Shown here one piece after another: positions 14,495 to 26,320 of a DNA stretch of 64,000 nt. This stretch comes from Tubiluchus corallicola (taxonomy: Eukaryota; Animalia; Priapulida): assembly GCA_030141605.1 (NCBI GenBank), contig JAQGDQ010000011.1, positions 186,001-250,000 of the forward strand, in the 5' to 3' direction. Under the pieces are notes generated by a model that was not told the origin of the DNA, ran no database searches, and saw nothing but the letters and a program-made list of their open reading frames with translations. The position numbers were made by a program, and so were the translations under genes. The number at the start of each line of letters is the position of its first letter. Position 1 is the first letter of the stretch.

Positions 14495-15973
14495 TTATAC
14501 TGCTGATTGGCTGTCACCCTGTTCTTCCTTTACATCTGTGTCTTGATCTGATGACTTTTCAGATTTCGTACTAATGGTGGCTGATCCTGCCGAACCTGAC
14601 AATTCTTGGGATACATCATCGAATGATTCACGTGATGATTTTTGAAATACCTTCCCTTTCACCTTTAGGTATAACATGGCTGCAGCGACAACGACAATGA
14701 AGAATACGATTACTCCGGCAATGGTTCCAGCTTGCAAGCTTTTAGTTTTCTGTGCTTTTACCTCTGGTTTTTTGTTACCATCACTGTTGTCGTTTTCCTG
14801 TTTTCTATTTGACACATCTTCGTCTGTAGTAGTTTCAAAGTCTTCACTAGAGGTCCTTCCACTGTACATTGGTTCCAATGTTGTTTGCCAATTTTCGTCA
14901 GATATTGATCGAAGTTTCACATTTGCACGCAGCATGGTTAGATTGTCTGTCTGTATTTTCATTACTATGAGAATGTATTTTCCTTCGTTAGAGTGCCGAG
15001 CTGTTTCTATCATAAGAACAGCATCAAAGCACGTTGTTGCCTCACCGTCAATTCGGACGAGCTCAGCTTTTGTGCCACTAGTTGAGTGTGTCCTGTTGGC
15101 AAAACCGTCGTTGCCAAAATTGTTTTTCCACACCCAGAAAAAGTTTTGATAATCATTTGAACAAAATCTTAATGTGATGTTGATATCGGCAGCAAACAAA
15201 ACCTCATGTAGAGCTACACCACCCTCTCTTTCTACGCACTGATTACTAAAATGTTCTAGTTTGGCGTCCAATCGAATTGCTGGCCACCAGCAGTCAACGA
15301 ATTTACGATTCCATTTTTCAGTGTGGATCCACTTTAGGTTGCAATCGCAAATCATTTCATTACCCACCAGTATGACTGTAACTCTCTTAGAACTGTCTGG
15401 GGTTTTAAACGTCGGTTTATTAAGCTGCTCGAGTGTAGTATTTGCAATCTCAAGATGAGCAAAGCCAGGCTGATTTGACAAGTCGAATTCCACGTTCTTT
15501 AATGCTGTACAATTGTTGATGAAAATCTTTTTCAGTTTGCTCAACTTGCTGAATGCTTTTGCATGAATGGAGTGAAGTCTGTTGTTACTAATTATCGAGA
15601 GTTGTGAGATCACTCCATAAATGCCATTTTTGTGTAAAGACTGAAGGTTTGTGAAGCGTATATAAAGTCCTTTAAATGAACATCCCTCTAAAAATCTATC
15701 AGGTAATTCTGCATCGTTGTAGTAATCAATGTAAAGATTTGCTACTCTTCCTGCTGAATGTGAGGTCCAAGTGGTCAGTTGCTGTTTAGAAGCATCAGTG
15801 CAAAGAACATCGCAAAATGACCCGCTACGATGACCAGCACTTTTTCTGTACTCGCACTGTGAGACCATTTGATTAGTGGGTATAGTACCAGGTGCACAGG
15901 TTTTGTTTGACACCTGTGTTCTTGAACTGGCAATGAGTACTGATAGTACGTATGCAGCCAAAAAAGTGTTCAT
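14495..15973 (-). CDS. Type I membrane protein with LRRs, an LRR C-terminal cap and an Ig-like domain (LIG-type receptor), 492 aa, single-exon CDS
   Basis: Signal peptide; LRR-like segments (NNRLHSIHAKAFSKLSKLKKIFINN); LRRCT GNEMICDCNLKWI..C; Ig-like segment ITLRFC..W..LMIETARHSNEGKY; TM helix TIAGVIVFFIVVVAAAMLYL; short S/D/E-rich tail. Confidence 0.8.
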   Translation of the reverse strand: MNTFLAAYVLSVLIASSRTQVSNKTCAPGTIPTNQMVSQCEYRKSAGHRSGSFCDVLCTDASKQQLTTWTSHSAGRVANLYIDYYNDAELPDRFLEGCSFKGLYIRFTNLQSLHKNGIYGVISQLSIISNNRLHSIHAKAFSKLSKLKKIFINNCTALKNVEFDLSNQPGFAHLEIANTTLEQLNKPTFKTPDSSKRVTVILVGNEMICDCNLKWIHTEKWNRKFVDCWWPAIRLDAKLEHFSNQCVEREGGVALHEVLFAADINITLRFCSNDYQNFFWVWKNNFGNDGFANRTHSTSGTKAELVRIDGEATTCFDAVLMIETARHSNEGKYILIVMKIQTDNLTMLRANVKLRSISDENWQTTLEPMYSGRTSSEDFETTTDEDVSNRKQENDNSDGNKKPEVKAQKTKSLQAGTIAGVIVFFIVVVAAAMLYLKVKGKVFQKSSRESFDDVSQELSGSAGSATISTKSEKSSDQDTDVKEEQGDSQSAV

Positions 15974-17732
15974 GTTTTTCTTTCAAAATGGAACGTCTGA
16001 ACTGCAACAATAGTGCTTCCCTTTCTTAAAATACAAGGAATATTGTGACATGGAGTTTCTAAATTTGAAATTAAGAAACAATGCTGGCGATTATGAAATG
16101 CAACTTTAGAATTAAAGCTGAATGATATGCAATTGTTGCTGATATAAAATTTGTTTGGAGACATTGCGGAGCAGCCGAAGTTGAAATTATGCAAGTAATT
16201 ACAAAAAAGTCTCGCTGTCATAGGACATTCCTTTTCGAAATTTGGTAAACTTATAGCAAAAATTGTGTTTTAGCATCATCAGCTGAGTCGGTGAGAGAAA
16301 AATATCGTTTTTGGTTGCAGAAACACGTAACAATTTATTGTACAGCATCAAAATTGTGCATTTATTCTGCTCTACAGTCTTGTTTAATTACTAGTAACAA
16401 CTTTGCTAATATCAAACAACAATAACAGCAGTTCAAACTTTTCTGGTGCAACGAAGTGGGGAAACAACATTACACTTAGGCCACAAGCTGTAATATAAGT
16501 AATGCACAGTTTTCTTCAATGTCTCCCGAGGCTTTAACATATTTGTAATAACTTTTCGGTGCTAATTATTAATATCTTGCTGAAATAAAGCTGCCACAAA
16601 AGCTTACCAAACAAACAGAAATCTTTTACCGAGAATCCAGTGCACATTACAAACAATGTTTATGAAATTGACATCAAGGGTAAAATGTAAAAAATTAAAA
16701 CATTCTCTGCACTTTGACTAACATATTACTGTCTACTGTAGAATCGAATATAAGCTTGTGCCATGAAATTAGACAAGTTTCACTGGCAGACAGATAAACA
16801 ACCATGAATAGCTCATGATTTAATAGAAAGGCAATAAAAATAATTTTCCAATTTTGTTGCCAATTCCAAAAACGAATGATTTTTTGCTTGATAAACAAAA
16901 GAATTCAGAATTTTTACAACTAAACTTGATCAAAGGAAGGAAATATGAAGCAGTCTTGATGAGCCTGGATTTGAACCAAAAGCCTGTGGAGCCAACAACA
17001 TGAGCAGTAGATCACACAGCTTCCTGAGAATATGGCAGGTCTCAGTTCCACCCTAGTAGTCAATCACCTCCAACTGTAGCTAAATCATGCAAAGAAATCA
17101 CTAACCTAGTTATATAGACTTTCTTTTCAAATGTCATTAATTTAGAACCTGAAATGCTAATTACTACCACACAGACTCTAGGAAATGTTGACTCCAGGCA
17201 ATAGAGTTAAATTACGGCCTGCCATGGTCACAAAGCGCTGCGCAGTCTAGTGGGGTAAGGCTGTGCTAATATCCAAATCCTGATATGGTCCAAAAAATTT
17301 CACATTTCTCTAAAATTTTGTTCACTTTTGGTTTCAAAATTTTAATAATTGTGAGTTCATTCCGTATGAATTGATACTCTTGAAATTACTATGATATTTG
17401 ATAATAAATGTTAAGTTTCTAAGGTAGGTCTCCTTTAACCATAAATCACAGATTCACAATGTGGTTGGGCACAAGTAGGGTAACACACTACAAGTAATTA
17501 AAGCACGATTAATACAAAAATGGATGTTTTAAACTTGAATGTATCATCAATCCCATAATAAGAGACGATGGAAGTTACATTATGTAGGAATGTCTCACAA
17601 ATAATCACAGTAAATTAGGAAGATTACTCATGAACAACATCCAGAAAAACAATCAATTGTAAATATAACTGCTAAATCAAGATGAGTGAATCTAAAAGCA
17701 TTAAATATGCAGAATAATTATTAATCTAACAT

Positions 17733-18035
17733 CGTGTTCAGTCTAGCGAGTTTTCTCGCCAAGTAAACTTGCCCATTCTCTTGCAAAAGTATTCAGATTA
17801 GAGAGCAAATCTTCCTACAGTAGGCAACGAATGACACTCACTTTTCTATTCACTGCTAGAAGTGTCACGAGTAACTCGCCATGGCCTTCACACTAGACAG
17901 TAAATTAAGTTGCATCAATTGTCAGATAGTTTGTAATTTCCTGATGACAGTAGCAACTTGCAAAGCAGTTCACGCTCAAGAGTTTGCTGTCAGAGAGAAG
18001 ACTCGCGACAGAAAACTCGCTAGTTGAAACACGCC
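17733..18035. mobile_element. PIF/Harbinger-like MITE; a related degenerate copy lies at about 34795-35025
   Basis: Inverted termini cgtgttcagtctagcgagttttct ... agaaaactcgctagttgaaacacg; internal sequence shared with 34880-35025. Confidence 0.55.
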
Positions 18036-18745
18036 ATAAGTAACGATTCAATACAAAAGAACGCTTGTGCAGAGACCTTCGATTTTATAAATATTTAAAT
18101 GTTTCATGTTCTAGCTTGCTCAACTGATATGTACATCCACTCTTTTAAATTTTAGCTCATAACTCTGATGTCATATACAGTGTTTCTGATACTACAAGGA
18201 GTTTCTAGAAATCAAAATGATGATGGATTTCTTACTCTTATCATTCAAAAATTGTAGTCCTGTCTTTGCAGCTTTTATCATACGTTGTAGTCATGCAACT
18301 GACTTTAACAATTTGCAGCAATCTTTGTTTTTTGCACAAAATTCACATGATCAGCATTACAAATAAGAACAAAATAGTGTTCTGTTACTCATTGGCCAGA
18401 TTTGAACTCCGCTTTTGTGAACACAGAACCCAGATCATTGAAATAGCAGGCTTAATTCTTCAATAAAAATTGCAAGTGTGTCCGTTAGCATTGTGTTGAA
18501 AGAAGTAAACGTCACAAAGTTTCAATGTTTTTCCTGAAGTTTAACTAAAAAGTCAACATGTCTCGTATCCGAAGAAGAATAAAAATATGTTTTCAAGCTG
18601 CTGCACCACGAAAGTGCCAATCGTATAAAATGCGTGCATAATTTGTGCGAAATAACAAGTACTCAAGGCAAAAACCTTTCATAACAACAAGACAAAAACG
18701 CTGTTTAACAATTGGTGTTCTAGATATGAATAAGACTTTGATGTT

Positions 18746-19675
18746 TCATGCAGGAAGTGCATCCCTCACGGACTGAGGTATCTTCTTCAAATACCAGTCA
18801 TGATTACTGCATGTGGCCAGCACGCCACCCGTGTTCGGCCATTTCACGGTGCGCTCATATGTTATGTTGTTACCGTGTATGTCTGTCAGTTTTCCACCAA
18901 TTGCGTGAAGGATCGCTTCCGGGGCACAAGTGTCCCACTTCTTGCATCCTGGGCTACCGAATACATAAGCATGTGCTATGCCTTCAATTACCAACATCAC
19001 CTTGTGGCCACACCCGCCGGCATATATGACTTCATCAGCAGCAACTGCCTCCACAGATTCTCTCACTGTTTTATTTGAATGTGACCTTGTTGTAGTTATG
19101 ATGATTTTGTCTGTAGGGGGTGCGTTCTTCTCCATTCCAAAAGCTCCAACGCCTATTACTCCCCATACTGTACGTCCTAAAACCGCACCTGGTCCTGCCT
19201 TGTAATTGTAATATGGTTGGTGTATGACACCGGCTACAGCTTTTCCGTTGATGGCTACGCCAATCAGAACCGTTACATGATCTAGCAATCCCTGAGTGTA
19301 TTCTGCTGTTCCATCTACTGGATCTACCCATATCACAACATCTTCTTCATTAATTGACGTTAGTTCACCTGGACAGTCAGCTTTCAACACTTCATCTGCA
19401 AGTTTGGTTTCGATGAAATGATCAGGAATGCTAATTGAAGGATCTAAGGATTCTTCACCTATAATGGCACACTTTGGAAACTGCCGCGTTAACGAAGCGA
19501 CGATTGACCGTTGTGCAGATCTGTCTGCTTCCGTCTGAAGGTCGTCCTTTCCGCCTTTTTCCACAACCCCGAGTTCTCCTTTGCTCATTATGTCTCGGAT
19601 GATTTGTCCCGCTCGATTAGCTATGGATACGGAGGCAGCTACCACCCGCATGACCACCGGGATACGCGACGACAT
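18746..19675 (-). CDS. BPNT1: 3'(2'),5'-bisphosphate nucleotidase 1 (inositol monophosphatase superfamily), 309 aa, single-exon CDS
   Basis: Motifs DLQTEADRSAQ, IIGEE, WVDPVDGTAEY, GVIHQPYY, TTRSH and GCKKWDTCAPEAIL; length typical of BPNT1. Confidence 0.95.
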   Translation of the reverse strand: MSSRIPVVMRVVAASVSIANRAGQIIRDIMSKGELGVVEKGGKDDLQTEADRSAQRSIVASLTRQFPKCAIIGEESLDPSISIPDHFIETKLADEVLKADCPGELTSINEEDVVIWVDPVDGTAEYTQGLLDHVTVLIGVAINGKAVAGVIHQPYYNYKAGPGAVLGRTVWGVIGVGAFGMEKNAPPTDKIIITTTRSHSNKTVRESVEAVAADEVIYAGGCGHKVMLVIEGIAHAYVFGSPGCKKWDTCAPEAILHAIGGKLTDIHGNNITYERTVKWPNTGGVLATCSNHDWYLKKIPQSVRDALPA

Positions 19676-20029
19676 GTTTATTGACTCACCACTGCAAAAT
19701 GATTTTCAGTCAGAAACAGCCTAGAAAAATAAACCCATTATAGTCGCATTGTAGCTAAAGTTCAATTTACACAAGCACATAGTCAGCTCAGCTTAATACT
19801 GATTCGGCTAACTCATCATATGGCAATCTGTACAATCTAGTAAATCCACCATCAACGGAAGTGGTAAAGTTTCTTGTCTTCCGAGTGAAGTGTATCAAAC
19901 AGAACTATGTTAATAACACTAATTAATACAACAATAGGATACTTCATAGGGACAATTCATACAAAAACAGTTGACTCGAATAACTCAGAGAGTCGGTGGT
20001 TTAGTTATCATGCATACAATCTTCAGATA

Positions 20030-20157
20030 AAAAGTTTTGGCCAAGGTTTGCAAGTCCTCACACACAAAAATTAGTTTGTGAAGCAGATTAGGGTTAGGGT
20101 TAGGTTTAAGGATATGGTTAGGAAGTGTGGGAAGTGCAAACTCCTTCCAAAGTTTTT
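20030..20157. mobile_element. Small element with loose inverted ends and internal TTAGGG repeats
   Basis: ttagggttagggttagg at 20088-20104, between aaaagttttggccaaggtttgcaagtcctcacac and gtgtgggaagtgcaaactccttccaaagttttt. Confidence 0.45.
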
Positions 20158-21584
20158 CAAGCTAGCAAAAAATGCTACCTTTCTGTTATTTTATCAGTAA
20201 TCTATTCCAACATTTTTTACAGTCAGTACAACCACATAATTATGAATACTAGCACTTACTTTAGACAGGTCTTAAAGAACAGAAACTAATGCGCACTATG
20301 CACTAGACAGTAATGCCATTCAAGGCTACACAAATACGTAAAAGCATTTGCAGTAATCTCAACTTGAGCAAAGCTCACATGCAGGCATTACAGGGGCAAA
20401 TTCTTCAAGCATGACCTTTGAAATTTTGCTACTGCTAGCAAATGATTAAGCACACTGAGTGTTCTGAGATGAAAACTATATGTACACAATGTTCCATAAA
20501 ACATTGCTATAGAAATACACTGATGTGCTAAATATGCTGATGAAATCACAATGAAACGTGGTTGAGTGTTAAGTAATTTAGTAAGAGATTACACTGCAAT
20601 AACTGTTGGAAATGTGCACCGTGAACTTGCTGAGAAACGGTAGCGAAGCTGCAAGTTATGAAAAACACGCTGAAGTTCACTTAGTTTTACGCTTTGAATA
20701 ATATCTGTTATTTTGTTAAAAAATCACCCCACACTTCTGCATTATGACATCATAGTAATGTAAGAATAATACTTGCATAATTCCACTTTTCCTACTATAC
20801 AACTTGTTTTTTGAACAATCCTAACATAAGCATATCGGCAACTGTTTTTCTGCAACACCCTGTGCATGAGAAACCATCTTTAGAACCAGTGCCACCAAAA
20901 AAATGTGCAGAATGAATACTAAAACAATGAAAGGCTAAAAATGTAATTTTGCATTTTTTGCAACTTTAATTAAGAAATCAAAAAACAGAATTTAAATCAA
21001 ATTTTCTTGCATGAAAACTGTTCAGCACGAATAAATGTTTTATGCTGTGCAGAAATTATGAATTTTGTGCTTGAGTGCATACTCCTGCAACACTTTCCGT
21101 AACTAACATACTGGCAGTTTTTCCGAATTTAACTAGTTAATAACATGTAATTGGTGAGTTATGAAAATGAACTGCAAAATAATGAAAGCAATGCAAGCAA
21201 ATCGGTGAAATGGTAGCATGATAAATAGGAGTTTTAATTTTGTGACTGCCATAAAGAGACAAAATAGAACCCTTGTATACGATCTCAGCCCATTGTTTCC
21301 GCATCTTTCCTTTCGTGCATTAGCAAGATGTTATGTGGAACATTTATGCATTACTGATCGTTGGTGGGGACATCTAATTCCTTTCAATTTTCACATGTGC
21401 ATCTCACAGTTCTTTAAATACATCAGAACACAGTGTACAATTTTAGTAGCAATCCGCTAACATCGATATGTACTGCTGCTTTAATCTGTGTAACATCAAC
21501 AAGATAAAAAACATGCACAGCTGTTCAGCAGTTGGTGTATCATTGTAGTGCTGCAGGATGCACATACTGCACAATGTACTAAAC

Positions 21585-23019
21585 CAGGGTCAAACAAACT
21601 TTTTAGACCATTGACCACTTCATAGAATCCTTGATTTTCTAATCAATCCCCAGGCATGTACAAAAAATAAATATTATTAATAATCAAGTAGATGTGCAGT
21701 TTCCATAGACGTTAGTAAGGGTACTGCATACCAAACCCTGCTTTCCATATACATCAGTAAGGAAAATCGCATATCAAGCCCAGCGAAATTGCTATTCTGT
21801 ATCCGCTCCCCCTTAAATACAATAAAAAAATTAACACAACTTTTTATTGAATTTGTTGATATCATTAATGGGAAGGATGACTGTGTTTGATGAACATCGG
21901 CAAGGACATTGATATTTGTTTGGAGAGTAGGGAGATTCAGTCGTAAGTCGCCACACTCTTCCAGGTTCAGTCTGTTCCTCCGCATTGTTAACTCCTTCAG
22001 GACAGCACCATTCAAAATAGGTCTTATAAGACCTACAAATTTTCTGCTATTATATAAGCACAGACATAGCCAAATGATCACAAATTAGCTAATGTTCTAT
22101 TTAGGAGAATGTCGGCTGTCCAATCAAGCAATTTGTTTAAACATTTATAAGTGATTTAATTGGATAGATTAAGAAAAAAGTGTCATTTTCAGGCACTCCA
22201 ACTTAGCCTATTGAGTAGTTTAGTCTGGTGTACACTTGCGTGATTGCAGCACTAATTTATTGATTGCCTGCTTGCTACAGCCCAAGAGAACTGGCTGTTG
22301 TGCAGAGCTCCAGGAAAAGCCAACCGATAAGCTAAAGGGAAATTAAGGTTGATTCATCTTTTAACAGGAATTTCTTCTTAATAATAGAGTAGACTTGATG
22401 CCGAAGTGTATCAGAGTGTTGTGTATCGATAGTTGAAATTTTCTGCATTAGCAGATTTCACACAATTGATACTCTACATTGTTACAGTGCAAACATTGCA
22501 GTTACAAAAAGCTTTTATCAATTTATTCGTCAAAAATTGATTTTTAATTTCTCTAAAAGTAAGCAAACACATTTCACACATATATATAATTTTGCATGAA
22601 AATCCATTGTGTGAGGAGTAGAAACCTACAAAGATGATTAAATACAATGTAATTGCTGCTTAGTGAGAACAGTTTATCTTGAACCCATGCAAAATGCAGC
22701 AAACACTTATGGACCTGAAGGAGTTAAATTGCATTTTGTGGCTAAAACCAGTTTCAACCATGTACGAACTTGGGAATACAAGTAAAAATGGTTCAACTGC
22801 TGTACTAAGTTTGGGGTATTTATTAGCAGTATTTCCATTTCTCTAATATAGTCACTGAGGCTTTTTATTTCTGGACAATGATTCAACTTTTTGATCCCCA
22901 AGCGTTTATCAACCCCTTTTGGACCCCCAGGCATTTATCGACACCTTCTTGACCCAGAGGCATTTATCGACCCTTTGGATAGTCCCATCGACCCTTATCG
23001 GCCACTTTGGAGACCCCTG
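21585..23019 (-). mobile_element. Internally deleted hAT (Buster/Charlie-type) transposon
   Basis: TIRs cagggtc ... gacccctg; exact 8-bp TSD TACTAAAC (21577-21584 and 23020-23027, central TA); residual transposase C-terminus RRNRLNLEECGDLRLNLPTLQTNINVLADVHQTQSS at about 21880-21985. Confidence 0.85.
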
Positions 23020-23035
23020 TACTAAACAAACTTAC

Positions 23036-23260
23036 AAGAAATTAACATCTGAGACTGGTAATGGCGCCTTTTTGTCGCATTAGCATTATTACGCACTACA
23101 GTGTTCTTCTGTGATGTTAGTGTGACGTAGAGCTCAGTTTTGTGACATCACATCAGCGTCTTATAGCAATCGTTGCTTACACAAACGTGCTTGACGTGCA
23201 GGGAAGCTGGCTACCAATGCACAAAATGCGGTTAGTTTGTGACGTAAGCGATAGCTGTGT
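23036..23260 (-). promoter_or_regulatory. Putative promoter and non-coding first exon of BPNT1
   Basis: Local CpG enrichment, several TGACGT (CRE-like) motifs and a YY1-like GGCGCCATT. A minus-strand donor GTAAGT at 23035 matches the acceptor ATTTTTCTAG at 19721. Confidence 0.45.
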
Positions 23261-23751
23261 TCAGTTGCCATTAATTAACTTTTACAACATAATTATTCAA
23301 ATATTAGAAACAATTGCTAATTTTCGCAGGCACAAAATTGTATATTTTGGACAATAAATTAAAATGAGATTGAGTCTAATCAATCGTCCGGGTTTTCCTT
23401 TAAGCTAACATATGTCTAGCTAGTTTAAGCATTTGACTTCCATATTCATAATTTATATCACAGTAATATACTGGGAATCTGTTATGATTCTACTATTATG
23501 CTATATAATGTAAATTATTGGGTACAACATACAACTGCAATTATAAAAACAGTTGAAACTTAATACACAAAGCGAGACACCCGATTATAACAACGTTTAC
23601 ACTTATGTATGCAATTTAACATTACTTGTGCATTGTCTTTATAATCTTTAAAAGAAATTGATAGAAGTGTCAAAAAATTGTTACAATTTTTTTAAAATTT
23701 ATAATTTGAATAAATTTTATCTTTTTTGTTTGACAAACTGAACTTATCACA

Positions 23752-25959
23752 TCACAGTGGTCTGTTGCGGGTCGTCCTTGCAAACAAGCGAAGATAGCTC
23801 TTTTGAATACCGTCAAAGTCGGGGCTCGGCAATTTAGACTTGATGACCTCGCTTACGTGATTGGTCACCACACCGGCAATATCAATTTCATAGGTCTGCT
23901 CGTATTTCTGTAACATTTGCAGTATATGAAGAAGGCTCAAGCTTTCCGGTGTTAAAGGAAGAAGCTCGAAAATTAATACGTCAAGTTTTACTTTATCTAG
24001 GGCTTCGTGAAGACAGATGTGATACATGCTGGAATGCATGGCTGACTGGTCGCTGCAGTGGCTGAGCAATGCAACTGCCTCCGCCCACAATTCTTGTTGC
24101 AACAGAAACACCAGTGCCCTCTTGTGCTCTTGGCAACGAGTCAGAATTTGTGCTCGTACCCTTACTGCCACACAACAATCGCTTGACTTTGTCGAGTGCG
24201 AAAGCCACTTCACGGCAACCTTGTGTAATTCGACACGCTGATTTAGGTGTGCTGGTGCCTGATATGACGACTTCAAGGTTTTCTCGACTTTGTCCAAAAA
24301 TTTAATAAGCAATTTAGGCCTAAATCTGTACAGGGCATTACAAACAAATGTAAAACTGTTGTCGGTTGCAGTATCCTCATTATCACATTCGTTAGTAGAC
24401 ACTTTCAAAATTAAATTCTGTGCTGTTAAAGCTAGTGCATCCCATAACATTTCACTACTCTCATAAGAAGACGATTCCAGATTCAGCAAGTAAACAATTG
24501 CATCAAGTATATGTTCCTCGGTTGTCTCAAAAGACATTTGAAGATTGGCTAGAGTCATATCTGCTGTATTTAGTAAATATGACTGCACAGAATCTTTCAT
24601 CCGCTCCTGATAATTAACAAGCGATTTTTTCTGGTTTGTTTGGTTTTTATCCAGTTCAACACTATGAAATCTATCGATGTGAGAAGTCAATATTTCACTT
24701 AACATGCTTTCCACTGAACTGGAAAGTAATTCTGCTCCGTGAAGGGCATCCAGTAACTTTCTTGCATGCGGAAACATTCCAGCAAGGCGGACCCGGTGAA
24801 GCAACACTGTAAGCACCAAAGGACTGACACTGAATTTACCTAGCAACGACTCAATGATATTAGCACTTTCTGAGTGTTGTCCGGCCATCAATGCCTGATG
24901 TAATTTAAACAAAAGTAACAAAGCCCCTGCATCTAAACAACCAAACGCTTTGCACATCTGAGCAACACATGAAGTGCTGATGCACTCGGTCTTAAACAAT
25001 CTACCCATGTTGATTCCTATTTGATGTAAAGCAGAAGCAGATGAGTTTAAATTAGTCACATGTCTTCTGTGAGAAAAAGGAGTAAAGGAGCAACTGGTTT
25101 GTTCTGTTTTTTGTAAGCAGGCACCATTAGTCAGATCAAATATGCTAAAGGATGATTTATCTGCCAAGCAAACAAGTGACATACAGACAATCATATCAAA
25201 CGATTCGCTAAATTCAGTGACAGCCAGCTGAACCAAATCTTCGTCACCTTTGCTTGATCTTATTACCTTCAAACGACCATCGCTTAGTAAGACAAAGACA
25301 TCTTGACATTTCTGTCCGATAACTTTCAGAAGTTTAAGTGAGCTATGCAGATGAACTTCTGCCATTACAGGCCTGATTCTTGCACAAATTTTCGTAAAGC
25401 TTGCAGGGGAGAAGAACACTTCTTCACAAAAGAGCTTCTTCCATCCTAACAGATGAACATGAAGTGAATGCGAAGAAGGTATCCACAAGAAAAACAGGAA
25501 ACCCCTGCATACATTTCTCGGCCAAATGCAAACGCTGTCTCTTAAGCAGTATAAGTCCACAAGCGCCGAGTCCGTCAGTAAAGGCGTGGGACTGCTACTC
25601 GACATAAAAGCTTCAGCAGAGGCAACTTCTTGCAGATGTGATATTGACATACGATGTACAATGAAGCCAAGACTGGTTTCCACTGTTTGCAAGCACCAGC
25701 AAATAACATTGCTACGTTGGTGGATAACACAGGATGAGATATCTTTCTTCGGGCGTTTGCCACCAAGGAAAAAATGGCGAGTATTTTCCCACCGTGTTTG
25801 TTTGGAAGACCATAAAGACTGCTGAACAGTGCCGTCCTTAAATACCGACAACAACATTGGAGGTTGGCTGTCTATGAAACAATTATCCAGCACTGAGTCA
25901 CAGTCAAACTTTCCTTTTGGAAATTCACACATACTGATGTCAATTTGTGAATCACACAT
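23752..25959 (-). CDS. HPS6: HPS6-like BLOC-2 subunit (Hermansky-Pudlak syndrome 6 protein), 735 aa, single-exon CDS
   Basis: Long ORF with a beta-rich N-half and helical C-half. Segments VICWC, FLWIP, CNALYRFRPKLLIKFL and SLLHILQML resemble HPS6 from recall, not alignment. Probable 70-nt 5'UTR intron at 25988-26057 and UTR exon at 26058-26141. Confidence 0.6.
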   Translation of the reverse strand: MCDSQIDISMCEFPKGKFDCDSVLDNCFIDSQPPMLLSVFKDGTVQQSLWSSKQTRWENTRHFFLGGKRPKKDISSCVIHQRSNVICWCLQTVETSLGFIVHRMSISHLQEVASAEAFMSSSSPTPLLTDSALVDLYCLRDSVCIWPRNVCRGFLFFLWIPSSHSLHVHLLGWKKLFCEEVFFSPASFTKICARIRPVMAEVHLHSSLKLLKVIGQKCQDVFVLLSDGRLKVIRSSKGDEDLVQLAVTEFSESFDMIVCMSLVCLADKSSFSIFDLTNGACLQKTEQTSCSFTPFSHRRHVTNLNSSASALHQIGINMGRLFKTECISTSCVAQMCKAFGCLDAGALLLLFKLHQALMAGQHSESANIIESLLGKFSVSPLVLTVLLHRVRLAGMFPHARKLLDALHGAELLSSSVESMLSEILTSHIDRFHSVELDKNQTNQKKSLVNYQERMKDSVQSYLLNTADMTLANLQMSFETTEEHILDAIVYLLNLESSSYESSEMLWDALALTAQNLILKVSTNECDNEDTATDNSFTFVCNALYRFRPKLLIKFLDKVEKTLKSSYQAPAHLNQRVELHKVAVKWLSHSTKSSDCCVAVRVRAQILTRCQEHKRALVFLLQQELWAEAVALLSHCSDQSAMHSSMYHICLHEALDKVKLDVLIFELLPLTPESLSLLHILQMLQKYEQTYEIDIAGVVTNHVSEVIKSKLPSPDFDGIQKSYLRLFARTTRNRPL

Positions 25960-26320
25960 GAAGATCAGACAATAACATCACCAATTCCTAAAATGACAAA
26001 GTATGATTTACTGTTCTAAACTCGAAGCCATTTTACCATTGTCATGGTACTATTTACCAAAGCGAAGCCCAGACAGGTCAGACCACTCCTACATATGCCT
26101 GCAGACTATCATTACTGATGTGGATGACTCTGGTAATAAAACTGGAGACAGTATAGACAAAGAAGTGCATTAATCACATGTGCTTAGTTAATAAGAAGAA
26201 TGCATATATTTATAATGAAAGAAATAGTGTAAAAAGAATGTGTATGAATAACAAATTCAGAACTTGCACAACGTGAAACGTTTATGTACCGACATCAAAA
26301 TTGTGTAAAATAATTACACA

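Noticed and set aside
14676-15458. Plus-strand ORFs of 157 aa and 65 aa
   Set aside because: Antisense shadows of the LRR-Ig CDS. The same applies to short ORFs overlapping BPNT1, HPS6-like, IQCB1, NAGLU and the GPCRs.
21677-22081. 134-aa ORF as a host gene
   Set aside because: Only a short hAT transposase C-terminal remnant inside a deleted element; non-ATG start.
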